A DNA stretch of 64,000 nucleotides from Microthyrium microscopicum. Lineage: Eukaryota. This document shows, in pieces, positions 34,743 through 50,450 of this stretch. The translations under genes were made by a program, and so were the position numbers. The notes beneath the pieces were generated by a model. It ran no database searches and was not told the origin of the DNA. It saw only the letters and a program-made list of their open reading frames with translations. The stretch's first letter is position 1; every line of letters begins with the position of its first letter. The DNA is taken from the NCBI GenBank assembly GCA_010405405.1, contig MU004231.1, forward strand, positions 1,557,784 through 1,621,783. Direction: 5' to 3'.

Positions 34743-37700
34743 GTTAAAACTTTTTTAACTAAGTTAGTAATGCTATCTATAAAGACGAAAAGAATACTAA
34801 AAGCGCCTCTAGGCTTTAAAAGAAAGCCTATAAATAGGCAAACTAATAATAGAGAACGTTTTCCTAATTATTATAAAAGCTAAGAGACATAGTACCCTCC
34901 ATTGCTATACGACCTAAATAAGATAGAGCTAGAAGAACTTAATAAATATACTAGGAGGATACCTAGGATAAAACTAGAAACTATTTATAAGATAATTAAT
35001 ATCTTAACTTAGGGCGAAAGTTATTTAGAGAAATAGCCTAGCGTATTAAGAAGTGCTTTAAAATAATTCTATTTAGACATTAAGCTAAAAGAAGCCTAGA
35101 TTTAAGCCCTTTATATATTAATCTATGGTAGTAGGGATATACTTTTAATAGCTAAAACTAGGTTTAGCAAAAGCCTAATCCTATACGCCTATAGTACTCT
35201 AACTAGCAAGATTATATTCCAAATTATTCTTCTCAATAGACTTAGAGAAGACTAGTGTAATAGCATTAAGAACATAGAAGGATATACTCCTTATCTATTA
35301 ATAGGGAATTCTAAAGAGAAGATTCAACATCTTACTTACAAGATAAGGAGAGGAGACTTTAGTTATATTCTCTTATTACTAAAGCTAGTGTTATTCTTAG
35401 ACTTCTAGAAACTTCTAAAGGACGTAGAGTTTTAGCAAAGAATTAGATGTGTTGCTATTAATAAGTGTTACCTTATCCATTAGTGGCATAACTTTCAAAC
35501 AAAGTTTACTATAATTAGTAAGCTTAAAGCAATACTACTATAGGATGTCGTCTAGTTTAGATATACTAATACATTAAGTTGACTAGCGTAAGAAATAGTT
35601 CTTTAGCTTAGTGGCTTTTAATGGTTAGGTTAATATTAGTAGTAAACTACTCTATTAAGAATGAGCATTAATTGTCTAGATCTATCCATTGTCGTACACT
35701 TTATTAAGAAAGGCAAGCTTACTTCTTTTAATAATCTTTATAATATTCTATAGTACGTATTTTAATAAGTATACAAAACTACTACCTTAGCAAATAAAAA
35801 TTACTATAAAGTAACTGCTAGCTAAGAAGAAGTTTAACGCTAAGATATATAGTCTAACAATAAGTATAGTGCTAGTATAGATATAGTAAGTCCTAGATCT
35901 AATCTTCATTCTATAGAGAATAAGGATAATACTAACGGTGAATATTTAGGCAAAGAAGGTATTAATATTAATAGTTCTAGTTAACATCCTAAACTTAAGT
36001 GTAAGTATATATATAAACGCTCTAACTATAAGATTAAAGTTAAGAGTCCATCCAAGATACTAAAGATAATTATCTTTATTAATAGTATCTTTAGCATCCA
36101 AACTACGCTTATATACCTTTACTGTTTACTAGTTATACTTACTTCTTATCTTCCTAATAGTTACCCTAAGAAGTACTTACGCGATCTAAAGGCTAAAGCA
36201 TTTTACATTAATAGGATTATTAAAAAGTATATATCTTAGTCATCTAAGTATAATTAAAATCGCTACTATACTACTTTCTATAAACCTAACTCTAAGATTT
36301 AAATTATAATAGCAACTACTTATCTTAGGCTTAGCTACTATATTCCTAATATTATACTTATTATTATTTAGAAAATACTAATTAGTTATAATATGCTAGA
36401 TCTCTAGCAGCATACTAATTATAGCGCATAAGGTAAAGATAACTATAGTATAGTTAAAATTTAGCTCCTATATTACTTATATAATAAATATATAAAAGAA
36501 TAACCTATTTAAGATATACCTAAGCCTAGTATAGCTATAATGCGCTAGTAGAAGACTACTACGCGTCATATGCTTTTATTACATCGCGCTATGTAACAAT
36601 AACATTAGTCTTAACTAGCTCTTTTTTAATAAGCTTTATCACATCCTCTATTACAAGTATAGACACTAGGCAATGTATTAAATATTAGCAAAAATAGCCT
36701 TACTAATATAGAATAAGAATCTACTAAACTAGAATCTCTTATAGCTAGTTCATCTTAGGCCAAACCTTTAACCTAGAATATAATAGGAAAGCAAAAAAAG
36801 TTAAAGAAGATAGAGTTCTTTTCTAAACCTAAGACTAAGCAATAAGTAAAAATACCCTAGGAGTTCCATAATTTAGCAAACGCTAATTATATCCACATTA
36901 TAATCTAGAAGTTTCTTAGTAAAGATTAGATACTATCTTTACTAGCTTAGGATCCACTACTTTGCTATAATAGGTATAACCTAGCCCTATTACTTCCAAA
37001 GATTGCTCCTTACAAAGATAAATTAGCCTAACTAAAACCTCCAGCTCTTAATAGTCATAGCTAGTTTACTTTAGAAAAAATTATAGCTTAGGCGCAAAAC
37101 TAGGTATAGAGATTACATCTACCCTCTACTATATCTAAGTATAGTATATTATCTTTTACAGTACTAAGCCGTTATACTTAATAGTAGTTAGCCTATATCT
37201 TCTCTAGTACTACTAAGCTTAGCAACCTATTATCCCTAATAGAATAGGATTAGTTAAAGAGTTAAGCAACTCTTCCTTATAACTAGGATAAATATAATAA
37301 TTATAGTATAGACTTACTTAAAAAGCTTAAGGCGTTAGCTATTCTAGTACCTATAAGGTTTACTAAACTTAAGTAATAAAGGTAGGAACGTAGAAAACAA
37401 AAAGAGGCAATAAGAGGCTAGAGCGCATCTTAATCTACTAATTAATAAGTAATTAAGATTAACTTAGCTAAGGATACCAATAAGGCCATTGCATAGCGGT
37501 AAGAAGCTAACCATACTAACGTTAAGGCTCATTTCAAAGCTACAGCGCGCAAATAGGACAAAAAACAGCGTCGCTAGAGCAGCTTGCTATCTTAGGCAAT
37601 AGGTATATCTAGTACTGCACCAATGTCTAGTTTAGCTCCAAGACTATTAGCCTCTTCTCTAGCTCCCAAGCCTTTTTATTGCTATACGTTACAAGCTATA

Positions 37701-37950
37701 GTTAATACTACAATTCTTAAGAATTCTAAGCTAAGCAGTCCTATATCTCTACTTACTAGTAGAACTATATATCATAGTACTCTTATAGAGTTACTTATTA
37801 GCTTAACCTAGGCTAGAGCTAGTAAGCAAGTAAGAGACACTTTAAGCACACTACTTAGTTATAAAAGAGCTACCTAGTCGCTAAGTATTACTAGTATTAA
37901 ACAAGTAGAGAAGAGAGCTTAATAGGGAACTATTAGGTTAAGCTATATTT
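34743..37950 (+). pseudogene. RIP-inactivated RecQ-like superfamily II helicase (AcademH helicase); outer limits approximate
   Basis: One frame from 35082 to 36435, after reversing C>T/G>A changes, gives Q-motif KPKEAQIQAL, motif I LLIAKTGFGKSLI (35142-35180), motif II VAIDECHLIHQW (35451-35486), IIIFID, motif V ATTxLGLGxxIPD (~36312) and motif VI LWQRAGRGARG (36402). A C..CCxxC Zn site follows near 36880-36980. Many TAA/TAG stops. Confidence 0.88.
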
Positions 37951-38029
37951 AGAAAACGTATATTAGGCGTTTATTAATTTTTACAAAAAAGGGGAGGCAT
38001 AACACTACCTTTCTTAACTAATCATTGCT

Positions 38030-40190
38030 TTAGCTTAGTATATCTTTTAATACTAGTATATAGAGTTCCATGCTCCTAGCGAGCTACCTACTCTATATCT
38101 AATATTAGTAAAATGCTACCCTCTAATTAGTTAATATTAACTAAGATCTTCTAAGATTAAATTAGATTATCCTATAAATTTAAATATATTATAATAATAC
38201 TAAACTTCTGCTATCTAAGTATATATTTCTAGTAGAGTTAGATAGAGTAGCATATAGCTATAGGCTTACTAATAATAGGACTATATTCTATCATTATGCC
38301 ATTAATAGAAGCTATATATACTAACAACCCTTGCTATATTTTTAGTAAAAGCATAATTATAGAATAAGTTATTATATGCTTCTCTCGTTAAAGCTTTTAG
38401 TTAATATACTATCTACCAGTATAGCTATTCCTTAGTATAATGCCATTACCCTATAATATTTAAAGCGCGTAAGAAGATATATTTACTTCTTCTTCTAAAG
38501 GTCTTACCATAATATTAATAGCCTCCTATCTATTATAGTATATTACTCTTAGTATTATATCTCACTACGTCTAAGTAAAGATTAGATTTCTATATAAGGT
38601 AATAGCTTAAGATAGCAAGCTAAGTATAGTCACTACTAGCTCAACTTAATCCTTATAGTACGTAGGAGGAACTAACCACTACGTAGTAACATTATTAACA
38701 TTAGTACTTATAGAAAGGGAGTTAATAAGCTAAAAGGTAAGAAGTGAATATAGCCTACTATAGTACCTACTTAAACTAGTTAAGACTAGAGCCTAATGAG
38801 TATTTAACTATATCTGCTACTCCAGATCCTCTATATCTCTTTATTATATATTTACTCTACATCTAAGCTTTATAAAGCTTTGCCTTATAGAGATATTTAG
38901 TAAGTTTAATATTAATATTAACGTTATATATTACATTGCTTACACGCCTTTCTATATGTAGTTTTAAGTTCCTTTACTTACTTAATAACCTCTAGTTAAT
39001 GCGTATATAAGGCTATTTAGGTCTATTTCTAAGTTTAACTCTTAGACTAATTCTCACACTTCTCTAGGCCTAATTATTATCTTTATAGTGCTAACATTAA
39101 ATCTCTAGTCACTACCTCTAAGTTTATGGCGCTAGATTCAAAATCGCATTTACTACTTCTTAGTAGCTTAGCTGCCTAGGAAATTAAGTCCTTATTTATA
39201 CGTATTTAGTCTAATATCCCTTACTTATTTGTTAAGCCTCATGCTAAGAGAGTTCCTTAGGTTAATCTATATTTACCTAATAAGCCCTAAGCAGACTATT
39301 ATCTTAAATACTGCCTATTCTAAGCCTATTATAGCTTATCTTTATAGGCTTATAAGTAGCTAGTAAGTAGTCAATATTTAATAGACAATACTATATAAAT
39401 CCTACTAACTTACTTATAGACAAGCAATAACATAGTTGCTAATCTTATAGGTTTAATCCTAGTCTTATAGTACAAGATTTTAGTTACTAAATCTAGATAA
39501 CTTTAGTTTATATAGTAAAGACTATCTTCTAAAATTTATGTTACGTGCCATTAGACTAGGTTAGACTTCTCTTATTCTAAAGCCTAGAAGTAGACTATAT
39601 AGTAGCCATTTATCCTATACCTTATAGTAGTAGCATCGTCATAGCTTTTAGTAAGTTAATCTTATTCTATAATATCTAATTCTAAGATTAATAGTAAGTA
39701 CTCCAGATTTTTATAATACCTCTAGTACTTAAAGAATAGACTTATAGACCTCCTATGTCTTTAAGAGATCTATCCCATTATAAGGCCATTATAATTAGGC
39801 TACCTTATAATATCCACTATCTTACGTTATTAATACTCCTATAGTAAATAGGCTCCTACGAAGATATTCTAGTATATAATTAGCTAACATCTTTATAAAA
39901 CTTTGTACAATTTGCTAGAACTTTATACTTTAGGAAAGAATAATAAGATATTATCCTTAGGGATAGCTTTAATAGGGAACAATAGCTTAAACTAACTAGG
40001 CTTTATTTCTATAAGAGTATAGGTTAGATAGGAGTATTGCTATAATAAAACCTCCCCTTGCCCTATATTTTAAAGCTCTTTAACGATATATACATTAGCT
40101 TTATATACCCTTTACAAACGTTAGCTTTCTATTAGACTTTTAAAGATGCCTTAATATTACTAGCCTTTAGTACATTTAGTGCACCATAAT
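38030..40190 (-). pseudogene. RIP-degraded putative cargo gene, unidentified
   Basis: A frame across ~39840-38900 de-RIPs to protein-like text (RKIVDIVG..SLFFEHW..LEYLPSILELD..GHHIVHFWALE..). No family assigned. Limits approximate. Confidence 0.35.
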
Positions 40191-43100
40191 ACGCTATATA
40201 TTTATACTAACCTATTTAAGCATAATTTTAAGAGTAAAAAAAAGATATATAGCCTAAAGGCCTATATAGCGATTGTTAAGGAATCTAGAACAATCTATTA
40301 ATAAGAGATATGTTTACGCTACAATAAACGCGTAGACCTCTTAGACGTTCTTCCCAACGCTAATAAGTATATTCCTTTACTTTTAAATTATAAATAATAA
40401 TGTTAATAATATTATAGTAATAATAATTAAGAAGAATAGGCAGTAGTCTAGGGCTCGCTACCCTTAAATCTACCTACTCCTTCCTTCTCTCCTCTACTAT
40501 TACTACTACTACTATAGCAATCTTCTCGCGCGGTTATACCTCTAAGCGCAATTTAATAACTATTATTATTTAAGCCTAAGCTCTTAAATAAGCGTAGATA
40601 CCTTACTTTGCCTACTTTCTCACGTTCTTCTAGATGAGAGTCCTTAGCGTTACCTACTAATTTTAATAGCAATTTACCTACCTTATAAGAGGAGGATTTA
40701 CTTGCCTTTAAAAAGGCTCCTCCTACTATAAAAAAAGAGGATTTATATATATAGGATAGAGATAAAGATAATACACTAATCTATAACGATAATTATAACA
40801 ACGATAATAGTTGCAATTTATTTATACCTTCTTAATCTCCTTCTCCTCTTTACTCTTAAGAGAGCTCTACTACTCCTTCTACTAAAACGCCTTAGGGCTC
40901 TTCTCCTCTCTCTCTCTCTTCTCCTTAGTTAGCTAGCGTACTATATTTTAACAGAGTTTTTTCTTACGCTATAAACTTCTTTGCCATACATACTATTACA
41001 CCATCTCCTCTTAACCTACTATCTCTTACCGCCCTAATTTCTCTCGCTAGTACTCATAATAATACCACCTATATAGACTTTAACAAAGAAGTTGAAGCTA
41101 TAAAAGCCTTACTTATAGCTCGCGTAGTAGCTACTATTACAAAGGCCTCCTCTTTAGGCCTAGTTAGGTCTTTTAACTTAAAGGCTATAGCTATTACTAA
41201 GGCCTACAATTTAGTTAAGAAAATCTCTTAGTATTTTCACAAGAGTAGCAATGTTTTAAGTTACCCTCTTATACTAAATTATTTCTAGTTAGTAACTATT
41301 AACTAGTAGAAGGCCATATCGCCTAACTAAAAGCGTAAGGTAACTTATATTAGTCGTATAGAAGAGACAGATGCTAGTAAGACTCTAGCTAATAATAACG
41401 TTTATACGTATTACTAAGCTAGGAGTTATATATACTAAGTATATATTTTAGAGGCGAGAAATGTTCTTAAAAAACCTAGGTTCTAATATTTATAATGCTA
41501 TATAGTAGGGCTACTAAAGGGTAGTTATAGTATAGTTAAACCTATAAATATACTAACTAGGAAGAAGAAGGCGTTAGGAAGATTACTAAAGGAACGTAGG
41601 GAGTTCATAGCAATTTTGCTTATTAGTAGAGGTTTAGCTAATACGTTGACTTAAGTAGTAATAAGTATAGTATAGTAAAGGGTAGCGTTTTAACACACTT
41701 TATACGTAATAATAGTAACTACCTAAGTGCATTTTGTTCTTTATAATTAATAGTTTAATCTAGCTCTATAGGTTTATAGAACTCTACTAAATGACTATAG
41801 ATGTCTAGTATAGCTTAATATTATAAGACACGTCTCAATACGCTTCATCTTTGTGAGGTAAGGTTTAACCTAGCCCTACAAGCTTAGTTTAGCTTCTTTT
41901 AAATAGCTATAGGTTTTAGGGCAGCCCTAATTGTAAGACTCTACATCCTACATAATTATAATAAATAAAACTATTATAATTATATAAACTTAGTTCTTAT
42001 TCTTATTGTAATCATTTAACTATAACTATTAGCATTCAATACTATATATAGATTAATTTAGGAGGCAAAGTAGCTATACTTTATTATAGTTAGGAAAGTC
42101 ATTATATACTTAAAGTTAAGGAATATAATACAATTAAAGTACTAACATAAAGATTTAATAAAGTTAATATAAATTTAATAAAATAAAGTTAGAGAAAGGG
42201 GCTATGAATGCTAATTAATTAGATACACGCTTTTCTATTAGTTAATATCTTCTAATATATCTTAAGAAAATTAACTTAGTATTCTTAACTTTAATTATAT
42301 AGCCCCTACTCTTAATAGTTTAGCTTTAGAAAAGCTACTATTATATCTACTATACATCTCTTATAATGCTAATACTACTATTCTTATTTACTAGACTTTA
42401 GCTAAGTCTTTATATTATAGAGATAGCACTTCTAATACTAATTTAGTCTATCTATTACTAGCTACTTATTATTATCGACTAAAAGACTACTAGATAAGCT
42501 CTACGCACTCACTATATATTAATATTAAATTATAGAATTAGATAAGTAAGTTCCTTAATACCCATCAAGTTATTACTTATATTAAATACTTATATTCATT
42601 ATCTTGCCTTCCCTAAAACCCTTACTCTTACTATACCTTACTTTATATTAGTAGAAGGCAACTTCTTCTTATAGAGATTACTGTCTATTAGAACTATAAT
42701 TTCCTTACCTTTTTCTATATATTTAGTCGCTATAATAGCTAATATTAATACTCTAGCCGTAATTACTAACTATTGTTGCTCTTAGCCATTCTAGTCTATA
42801 TCCTTCTATTAATATTACGAGTTCCTAGCTTCTATATACTCTTTTAATATTACTAATGCCTATACTTACTACTATTACTACAAAAAGATAACTATTTTTG
42901 TAGATATCGTTACTATTTATAGTACATTAATTATAAGGTTTTTTTAAAACATTACGCTAGTAAAGGCTATTACGTTATATAATAATAGTTATATAGTTAT
43001 TCATTACTTTAGCTTAGGTTATATTATAATCTATAGCTACGCTAATTACTCTTACTTATCCTTTGCTAAGCAGGTAGCCATTTAATTAGGTTATTGTTTA

Positions 43101-46100
43101 TAAAACCCTTCTACTTATCTATACCTTTATTACTTCTTTACACTACTCTTTAACTCTTTATTAGAGTTCCTTACTCCCTTTAAGAGTAAGGACTTCTTTA
43201 TCTTTATTTGCTTTAATTACTTACGCTACCTACTATATGCTACAATAGTATCTCGTATTTAGCCTTATATTAAAAGACTATAAGTTCTACTATACTATAT
43301 CTATTCAAGAACTAACCTTATTTACCTAGTACTATTAACGTAGACTCTCGTCTACCAACCTTTAAAGTAAAGATCTCTTATCTTTTATAATTTGCTATTA
43401 CCTAGTGCTTCCTCCTACTACTTACGCAAGGAGAGGCAATTCTATTTTAGTCTTTAGCTATCTATTAGCTTAATAACGAGAAAGCTATAAGTTCTATTCT
43501 ATAATTACATTCTAACGACTTATACTTCTATTTAACTCTATAAATATATACTTACACGTATTTATGCTTTTCTAGCTACCTAAACTACCTAATAAATTAG
43601 TCTTTAGTCTTTATAATTTTAGAAGGGAAGCTATTAACATCATTAGTTTGTAGTTATTATTTAATCACACTACCTAGGTGACAATATAAGACCTACTAAG
43701 AACCTTTCGACCTTTAAATCCTAATATAACTCTAAACTATAATAATAACTTTAAGCACTACACCTCTAATAACTAACCCATAATTCTAACTAAGTTTATT
43801 ATTAGCACTATGCCTAGCCTCTACTTCTAGGTTTACTTCTACGCGCCCCTTATCGTTTAGAGTATTTAACAGTTCTATAAGCAAAACTTCTCCCTTTACG
43901 TAGTATAGTCTAAGTCTTAGACTAAAGCCAATTTCGATTAGCGTAGTTTTATTCTTATAGCACTTATATCATACCATTATGCTATCTTTATATTAGGCTA
44001 GGAGAGAAAGCATTAGGAGACACTTACGCATATGCGATATTAAGCTAACATCAACGCGCGACGTCCTTTTGGTCAGATTAGCCTACCCTTTTAGCTCTCT
44101 ACTATAATAGCTATTTATATTACGCTTAGATTAAAGGATAATAGCTTACTCCCTACTTAGCAACAAGTAACAGTACAAAATCTAGGTAGATAGTTAGTTC
44201 GCTAGGGACCAAACAATAGCTAATATACTTAAATTGATTTTCACTACCCTTTAACCTATTATATCTTCTAAGTCTTAGTTTAAATTATAAACGTAAGTAT
44301 ATATTCTTCTAATTGCGAATCATTTCACTAACCTTTAGTTAGGACCTAGGCTTATAGCGACTCTAAGTAGTTCCTCCCTATTTAAATAGTTTTCTTATAA
44401 GAAGCAGTAACTCATTTCGTGTATGTATAATTAGAAAGTCTAGCATCCTACACCTAATAGCAGACTTATTCTCTTAAATCTTTTAGCAGTCTAGTGCTAA
44501 GATCGCTAATGTCTTTATTAAAGCTATAGTCTTATATAGTCGCAGGAAATACTACATAGCTAATTAAAAATGCACTTAATGCCTATCCTATTGCCTAACG
44601 GTAGTTCCTTATTCTTAGTCCTAAATTGACTAGCTAGTAATAATAGAGTGCGTTAACTTTTCTAGATATTAAAATAATTAATGTGCGTACTATATATAGG
44701 ATAGCGTACATTATAGTTTTAAAGACGTCGTTTCTTATTTACCCGCCTTAAGAGACAAAGAATAGGTTTATAGTACCACGCTACTTAGATTAGTTCTAAT
44801 GATTAATACTAGCCTCCCGCCGCCAATATTTTACGCTCCTTTCCTTAATATAGCTAATCTTCTAACTATACTTAACTTATAAGGAAGTATATAGTCGTAA
44901 TTATTAGACGTAATTACAGTCAGATAATATCCGCTAGCTCTAGCTGCTATTAATATCTAGTAGCTCTAGATTTAGCTTTAGTTTAGTCGCTAAGGGTAAT
45001 ATAAGTAGGAGGTAATAACTAACAAGATCCTATATAGTAGTACTTTAAAGGCTTTACTTACTTGTTAGTTATAGCTAAGGAAGATAACACTAGCTTATAA
45101 ACTTAAATCTATCTAACATTATTCTTTATAATCATGACATTATTAAATATATTAAATCTACGTATTATCGTCTAATATGATTATATAGTTTTGGACTTTA
45201 ACAAAGCGCTAGATCTTACATAATAATATAAAGCAGATAGTAATAAAACTATATATAGTTTATATATAAGAACATACTATAGGATATCTTTATCTAAAAA
45301 AAGCTAAGATTTCTATAATCTATAGCTACTAAACTATAAGAAATATTATTGACTTAATAGAGATAAATAATATATTAACTAGAGTAGAGAATAGGCCTTA
45401 CAAATTATACTCTTTAATTCTACTGTCCAGTTATTGTGAACAATTACTAAAAGTAATTTTAACTAATATAGCTCTTTTGCTAAGAAGTGCTACTTAAAAA
45501 GAAATTCTATATAATTACTACTAATATTAGTTGAATGAGATACCCTCTATAGCAGCAATTCTAAATAGCAAGTAATACTAAGTATAGATTCTATATCATT
45601 GTCCTTAATATTTAAAGGTTAATATAGTATATAAACTATAGCTTCCAATGGAAGGTATTATCGCTTTTATATTTTATGTTATCGCCTCTAATATTTAGTA
45701 ACTAATAAAGAATTTAACGATTAGGCTTATAATAGGCACATTACTAGTAGTATATTTTATAAAATCACTACTAGTATTAAGATATTAATAAGATATTTAG
45801 TAAAGAGACTTTACATAGAAGTACTACTAAATATATATTTTATATAATCGTTACTAACTTCTAGAAATTAATAGAATATTTAGCAAGCAGTCCAAAAGGG
45901 GTAATAAGTTAGCTAGTAATTAAACGCGGTTAGTATTAATATAAGAGATAATAGTTAACTTAATAGTTAATCTTATATACAGCTAGTAGCTAGCTAATAG
46001 TTAAGGGTAGCACCTATTATAGATTTATTATTTTACTAATAGAAATATATAAATCGATGCTATAATAGGCTTCTTACGTATAACATAGTAATACCAATTA

Positions 46101-46970
46101 TCTAGATAATAAAGCTCTTATTTTAGGGTATAAAGTATTCCTAGATTAAATATATAGTAGGTCAAAGGAATATATAGTAGGCTAGAGAGAAGAGATAGTT
46201 TATTTCTATTTAATTAATCTATAAAAGGAGTTAGTAGAGCAATCTAGTCCTTTTATAGCAAAGATATTCTACGTTATAATTATACTAATAGTAAATTAGA
46301 TAAGGAGTTATTTGTAATTAAAGGTATTTCTATAAGATAGTAGTTCTATCTAGTAGGCTTGTCTATTATAGTATAATAGCTAATAGAGACATAGTGTATA
46401 AAATAAGTATAGACATTTTATATTATATAAATACTAGTATAAGAATTAAGAAGTAGTGATTACTAGAATTTAAAAGGTTATAGTAAGAGATCTATACGCT
46501 AATATTAATCTTACTAAATCTAGTTAGATAAATAGAGTTATATAATAATCTTTTAAGATCTTAGATAATGTTATTACTTCTAAGCTAATTATTTACCTTA
46601 GTTCTAATCATATAGTCTATATCTTGTCTAGTTCCTAACCCATTAGTTTTTAATACTATATTAACTTCTAATCCTTACTAGTCTTTGTCCCTATATCTCT
46701 TATCCTCTATCTTATAAACTACCTCTCTTATTTCTTACGCTAATATTTAAATTCTATACCCTTACTAGTACTTCTACTATTCTCTTTACGCCCTTAAAAT
46801 ATCTATCTAATTTAAGTACTACTACCCTCTATACCATCTTTTCCTTAGCTAATAGAAACTACTAACTAGCTCACAATAACTATTATAAGTATATCCAGTA
46901 AGCTAATAACTATAATAGTATATCATTATAAAAATACAGACTCTATACAGCTTTAGGAAGAATTATAGGG

Positions 46971-47330
46971 CGTCTTCTACCCTCTAAAATAAGTACATTA
47001 TACTTCTTATCACCTATCCTACCAACAACGCAATGCTCTTTACGTTATAAAAACATTTATTAAATGTTCTACCCTCTAAAATAAGCGCATTATGCTCCTC
47101 ATTACCTATCCCGCTAATAAAGCAATGCTCTTTACGTTATAAAAACATTCATTATATATCCTACCCTCTAAAAGAAGCGCATCGTACTACTCATTACCTA
47201 TCTTACTAATAAAGCAATATTCTTTACGCTTATAAAATATTTACCATACCTCCTATCCTTTATAATAAGTGCATTATCCTTCTTATTACCTATTCTAATA
47301 ATATAATAGTATTCTTTACGCTAACAGTCA
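46971..47330. repeat. 92-bp tandem repeat, 4 copies
   Basis: CTACCCTCTAAAA-like anchors at 46977, 47069, 47161 and 47253. Confidence 0.9.
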
Positions 47331-47799
47331 TAGCACTCATAAAACTAAAACTATGCAATCTAGAAGGGCTTAGACATTATTAGCGCTAGCTACCTAGAAT
47401 ACTATTAGATATTAACTACATAGTTAGGTGTCTTTATTCCTTTGAGATATGTACATTACAACATAATAGTTAGTAATTCACTAATAGAGTAGGTAAGATA
47501 GTAATAATCGTAAGATATGTCTATATATAGTAAGAAAGGACTAGACTAGCTAAGCGCTTTAAAGCTCTAAAGCCTTAAAGGCTAAAGCTTTAGTAATTAA
47601 GTGAAGCAGTAACCTCTTACGATAGAGCAATTTTAGGCTTAATAGTAGAAGCCTATAGTTATAGTCTACTTAATCTCTCAATCCATTAACTTCTCCACTT
47701 CTTCTTCTTCTTTGTACTCCTATATCTAAAGAATACTTCAAATAACTATAAGACACAATTTCTTTTACTAAAACTTATAATAATAGCTCTAAAGCGTGC

Positions 47800-50450
47800 A
47801 TCTATAAGCTCTAACATTAAGCATGCTATAACTGCTTTAAGCACACCAAAAATACCTAAAAGCTCTACTAAAGACCTAATTACCCTAAACTTAGATAAAT
47901 CCTTATCACTAGAATCTACCTAATAAGCTACTCCAATTAAGTAGTCTATAAATCTAAATTAAGCACGTTTAGTAAGCTATTAAACTACTCTAATCTAATT
48001 ACTATAAATATCTCTACCTTCTACCAATTCCTAATTTCGTAACGAAAAACATCCTCGTTAAGAAATGTTGGTATAATTACTACAAACTCCTTAAAAGCCT
48101 AAGTAGGCCTAGCTAGCCATAGTTACTCCTACTAGTAAAACAGTAAATTAACTCGCTGCGTTATCTATACAAAGCGATAGAAACTAGGCTTCTACTTCTA
48201 TTAAATAATTAGTTAAAAAGGATAAGAGCCATTATAATTATAATCATTTATTAATGCTAGTTTGTAGTAAAAAGGATACTACTACGATAGAAAGAGGTTT
48301 TAAATATAGATTTATTCCTCCTCTAAAAGGAGAAGAAGTATAGCCAACCCTAGATCGTGAAGAATCACTAGTAACTATAATAACTCGCCGCTATAATAAT
48401 GTAATACTTCTATATAGCGCCTATAAAGGAAATTCACAGATTTAGTAGAAGAGGTACTATATAGCTAGTAGCGAAGTAGAAATAGCAAAATAGTAAAAAG
48501 AGGCACGCTAAAAACGCTAAGTAAGTAACTTAAAACCTATTGTAGAGGAGGCTACTTATAGTTAAGCATACGTACGTTAAAGCACCTAAGGCGATACAAC
48601 TAATATAGGCTCCATAACTCTATCACGAAATAACATAAAGACTACAACATTACCTAAAAGTCTAATAACTTCTCTAACTTAAGTTATAGTCAAGAAGCCA
48701 TTACTATCCTCTAAATCATCCCTAAGCAAGAAGTCAACACTAAAAGTAGACCTTTAGGTCCTAATTCTACGGTTCTTAGAGAAGTAATATATATTTAGTA
48801 ACATAAAAGTGTCTATCTTTAATAACCGCGCCAAAACTACTAATATCTAAGTTATATAACTACTCTTCTACCTACTCTAAAAATAGATCCCTAATGATAC
48901 TAATCTAATAATACTTTAAGTACTCCTTAAATACTAACCAGTACAAGGTCTATAATAGCATAAACATTCTACTCCTTAGCTTATAAATATTCTAAAGACA
49001 CTACCTTCACTATATGCCGCAATAGTATATTGCCTTACTATAAGTTAGGTTAAATACTCTTATTAGCGTTACTCTAAAATCCAAAGTCTTAGTCTATCCC
49101 AAACAAAGAATAGTAAAGAACCAATATTAGCATATACTACCTATATAATTATAAAAGTTAAGAACAAAAGCATTCTATTTAAGAAAGCCTATATAAATTA
49201 TATTATAGAAGGATATTATAAGACTTACTTATTTTATAAGAATAATAAGCAATTAGCACCTAAGCCACGTCCTAATGTTATAAAGACTAGAAAGGCTAAG
49301 GAAGACTTTAGCGAATTCACATCTTAGCAAATTGCTTGCCTTATTGCTAGTAAGGAAAAATAGAAGTTATAGAAGACTAAACAATATAAGATAGTAATTA
49401 AAGGAGTAGAAACTTAAGATATAGCTATTCAAAAGGGTTTAGTTTAACTAACAACCCTAATAATAATTTCCTACAAGATATGTATTGTTTACCTAAAGAT
49501 AGATAAATAATAATTCTTATTCAATCTTTTAAGACTAGACTTAGAGAATTTCTATCGTCTTTAATACTACGTCGCCACTTACTAGTAGGCTTACATAGCT
49601 ATAAGCCATTACCAAATTCTACAACTCTATAAGTACTCTTAGAGTGCAAGTAATAATGTGCTTCTTAACTATAAACGGGATAGGTAATCTACGACTAACT
49701 ATGCTACGCTTATGAATTTAGATTAGGTAATCCCTATTTTTAGCTTATCTTGTCTTTATCTATAAAGCCTAATTAGCATAGCGGCATATAAGCTATATTA
49801 GTAGATTATATCCTAGTTAAACATTCCTTATTTTAGCTAACTATATCTAGTAGCGATAGAGCTAAGCTATAGATTATGTCTCAAATAACGTAATAAATAT
49901 AAGCTATCTAATGATATAGTAAAGTCCCTTACTAGCTTACTATTAGAATGTCTTAAACTGCTACTAAGTAGTAATGCTTTTAGAAGTTAACGTTACAAAG
50001 TTAAAAGGGATTTCCAAAATCTCTTTCCTTTAGAATAGGATGACAGTGCGTTGTACATCTAAATACTAGCTAGTCTACATTAGTCTATAAGTTGAACTAT
50101 TTTATAAATCTACTCTAATCATAATTACTTAGAGCTCTATACTAGAAACTAGCAGTACTATTACTCTCACTAGCATATTAATAGCTTGCTTTAGCTTAAT
50201 AAGTAACCTAACATTTAAAGATATACTCTAGAGCTTATTATTAACCTTACCTTATAATTATTATATTTATAACGAAAGAGAAGATGATTATAAGTACCTA
50301 TATATTATCTATAGAATGAAACTAGATCATAAAGGCGAGAGGTGTAGCAATAAATTATAAAGCTAGTAGTATTTAAGTAAGGCTAGATTTAAGGTTCTAC
50401 TCTAAATAGGCAGACTAAGATACGCTTAACTACTTTTAGATAATATGGGA
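47800..50450 (+). pseudogene. RIP-degraded putative cargo gene(s) with Cys pairs
   Basis: De-RIPped fragments such as 'TRCVVCAKR' (~48150) and 'YLCIICGMKLDHKGERC' (~50295) suggest Zn-binding motifs. Identity and limits unknown. Confidence 0.3.

Noticed and set aside
38030..40190. CorA-like transporter as the identity of this cargo remnant
   Set aside because: The resemblance is vague (FFEHW, LPS, FLP) and no convincing CorA C-terminal signature was found.
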